Shown here: positions 60,234 to 60,885 of the stretch, piece after piece
Layout of the letters: each line of letters starts with the position of its first letter
Position numbering within the stretch: position 1 is the stretch's first letter
Source: Piedraia hortae CBS 480.64
Taxonomy: Eukaryota
NCBI GenBank assembly: GCA_010093745.1
Contig: MU005988.1
Span: forward strand, 124,001 to 184,885
Reading direction: 5' to 3'
Length of the DNA: 60,885 nt
Translations under genes and position numbers: made by a program
The notes under the pieces: generated by a model
Told to the model about the DNA's origin: nothing
What the model saw: only the letters and a program-made list of their open reading frames with translations
The model's database searches: none

Positions 60234-60885
60234 TATTGTAATTTTTATACACTGCTCTACTGGAACGTGTCGAAGTGCGGCACGGGCCGCACCGACGAGA
60301 GGCCTGTTGTGAATATGCGGTATATTACGCGCATTATTAGTAACCGTCGCTCGGCTCTCGACTTCACGCGTCAACTAGTTTTCCGCAGAGATTTGTATGC
60401 AGGTACACATCTGCTCACAATTATAATAGGTTATGAGCCCGGGCTCTACCGCTAACAAGCGCTATTCAAATTGAGTCTCGAAGCGAAAGCGGAGCTTCCA
60501 GAGACCATGAGCTACGAAAGAAAAAGAGCTGTCATTTTCAAGGCTGGAACGCCATTCGAGGCATGGAACGCTGACTTGCAGGGCGCTCTGAGCCTGGCAA
60601 CAGACAAGACCTTGGTCGGACATGTCTTTCACGACATCCCAGCGGTTCGGGCTCGCCCTCAGCCACAGAAAAGAGCCGAAGAAGACCAGAAAAAATATCT
60701 TGATAGGTTAGAAGAATGGAAAATCAGTGACATGGCAGCTGTCAGCGTTATCATAAATAGGCTTGATGAGTCCATTCGTCCGATCATGGACAACAGCATC
60801 ACGGCTCGTGAATTGTATCAGCAGATTTCCGAGACTCATAAGCCGTCGATGACAACACCGGCTATAGAGGCGCTGGCAAACCTGA
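60234..60885 (+). mobile_element. 5' end of another Copia element (family E): LTR 60234-60428, PBS 60429-60442, gag ORF from ATG 60507 running off the window
   Basis: Inverted termini TATTGTAATT / AATTATAATA; PBS GGTTATGAGCCCGG; open gag-like frame FEAWNADLQGAL..EEWKISDMAAVSVIINRL..TARELY. Confidence 0.85.

Overview
Eukaryotic DNA from a filamentous ascomycete. The short GT..CTRAC..YAG introns and the protein families suggest a compact, Dothideomycete-like genome (inference). Positions 1-31.2 kb and 36.8-43.1 kb are dense with housekeeping genes: a fungal TF-like gene, RIC1, CKB2, a CHORD/CS protein, a glutaredoxin-like protein, TRM8, a THOC3/TEX1-like WD40 protein, a frameshifted homeobox gene, a HAD phosphatase, SEC26, Mago nashi, GID4, PSF1, a PHD protein, HST4, a PPPDE peptidase, PUF6, SGT2, TIM54, a GPI-type GH13 enzyme, uS11m and TIM44. 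Positions 31.2-36.8 kb and 43.1-60.9 kb are retroelement graveyards. The most unusual features are these. (1) A four-level nest of LTR insertions at 46146-51257 in which all four 5-bp TSD pairs are readable, plus a ~370-bp micro-inversion between two inverted LTR copies. (2) Two families of short TSD-flanked elements with non-canonical termini: AGTT...AACT (5 copies) and TA...TA (3 copies). (3) A Ty3/Gypsy RT whose catalytic core is flipped onto the opposite strand. (4) A homeodomain broken by one missing base in WFQN. An assembly gap lies at 39891-40295. All calls come from reading the sequence by eye; no database searches were run.
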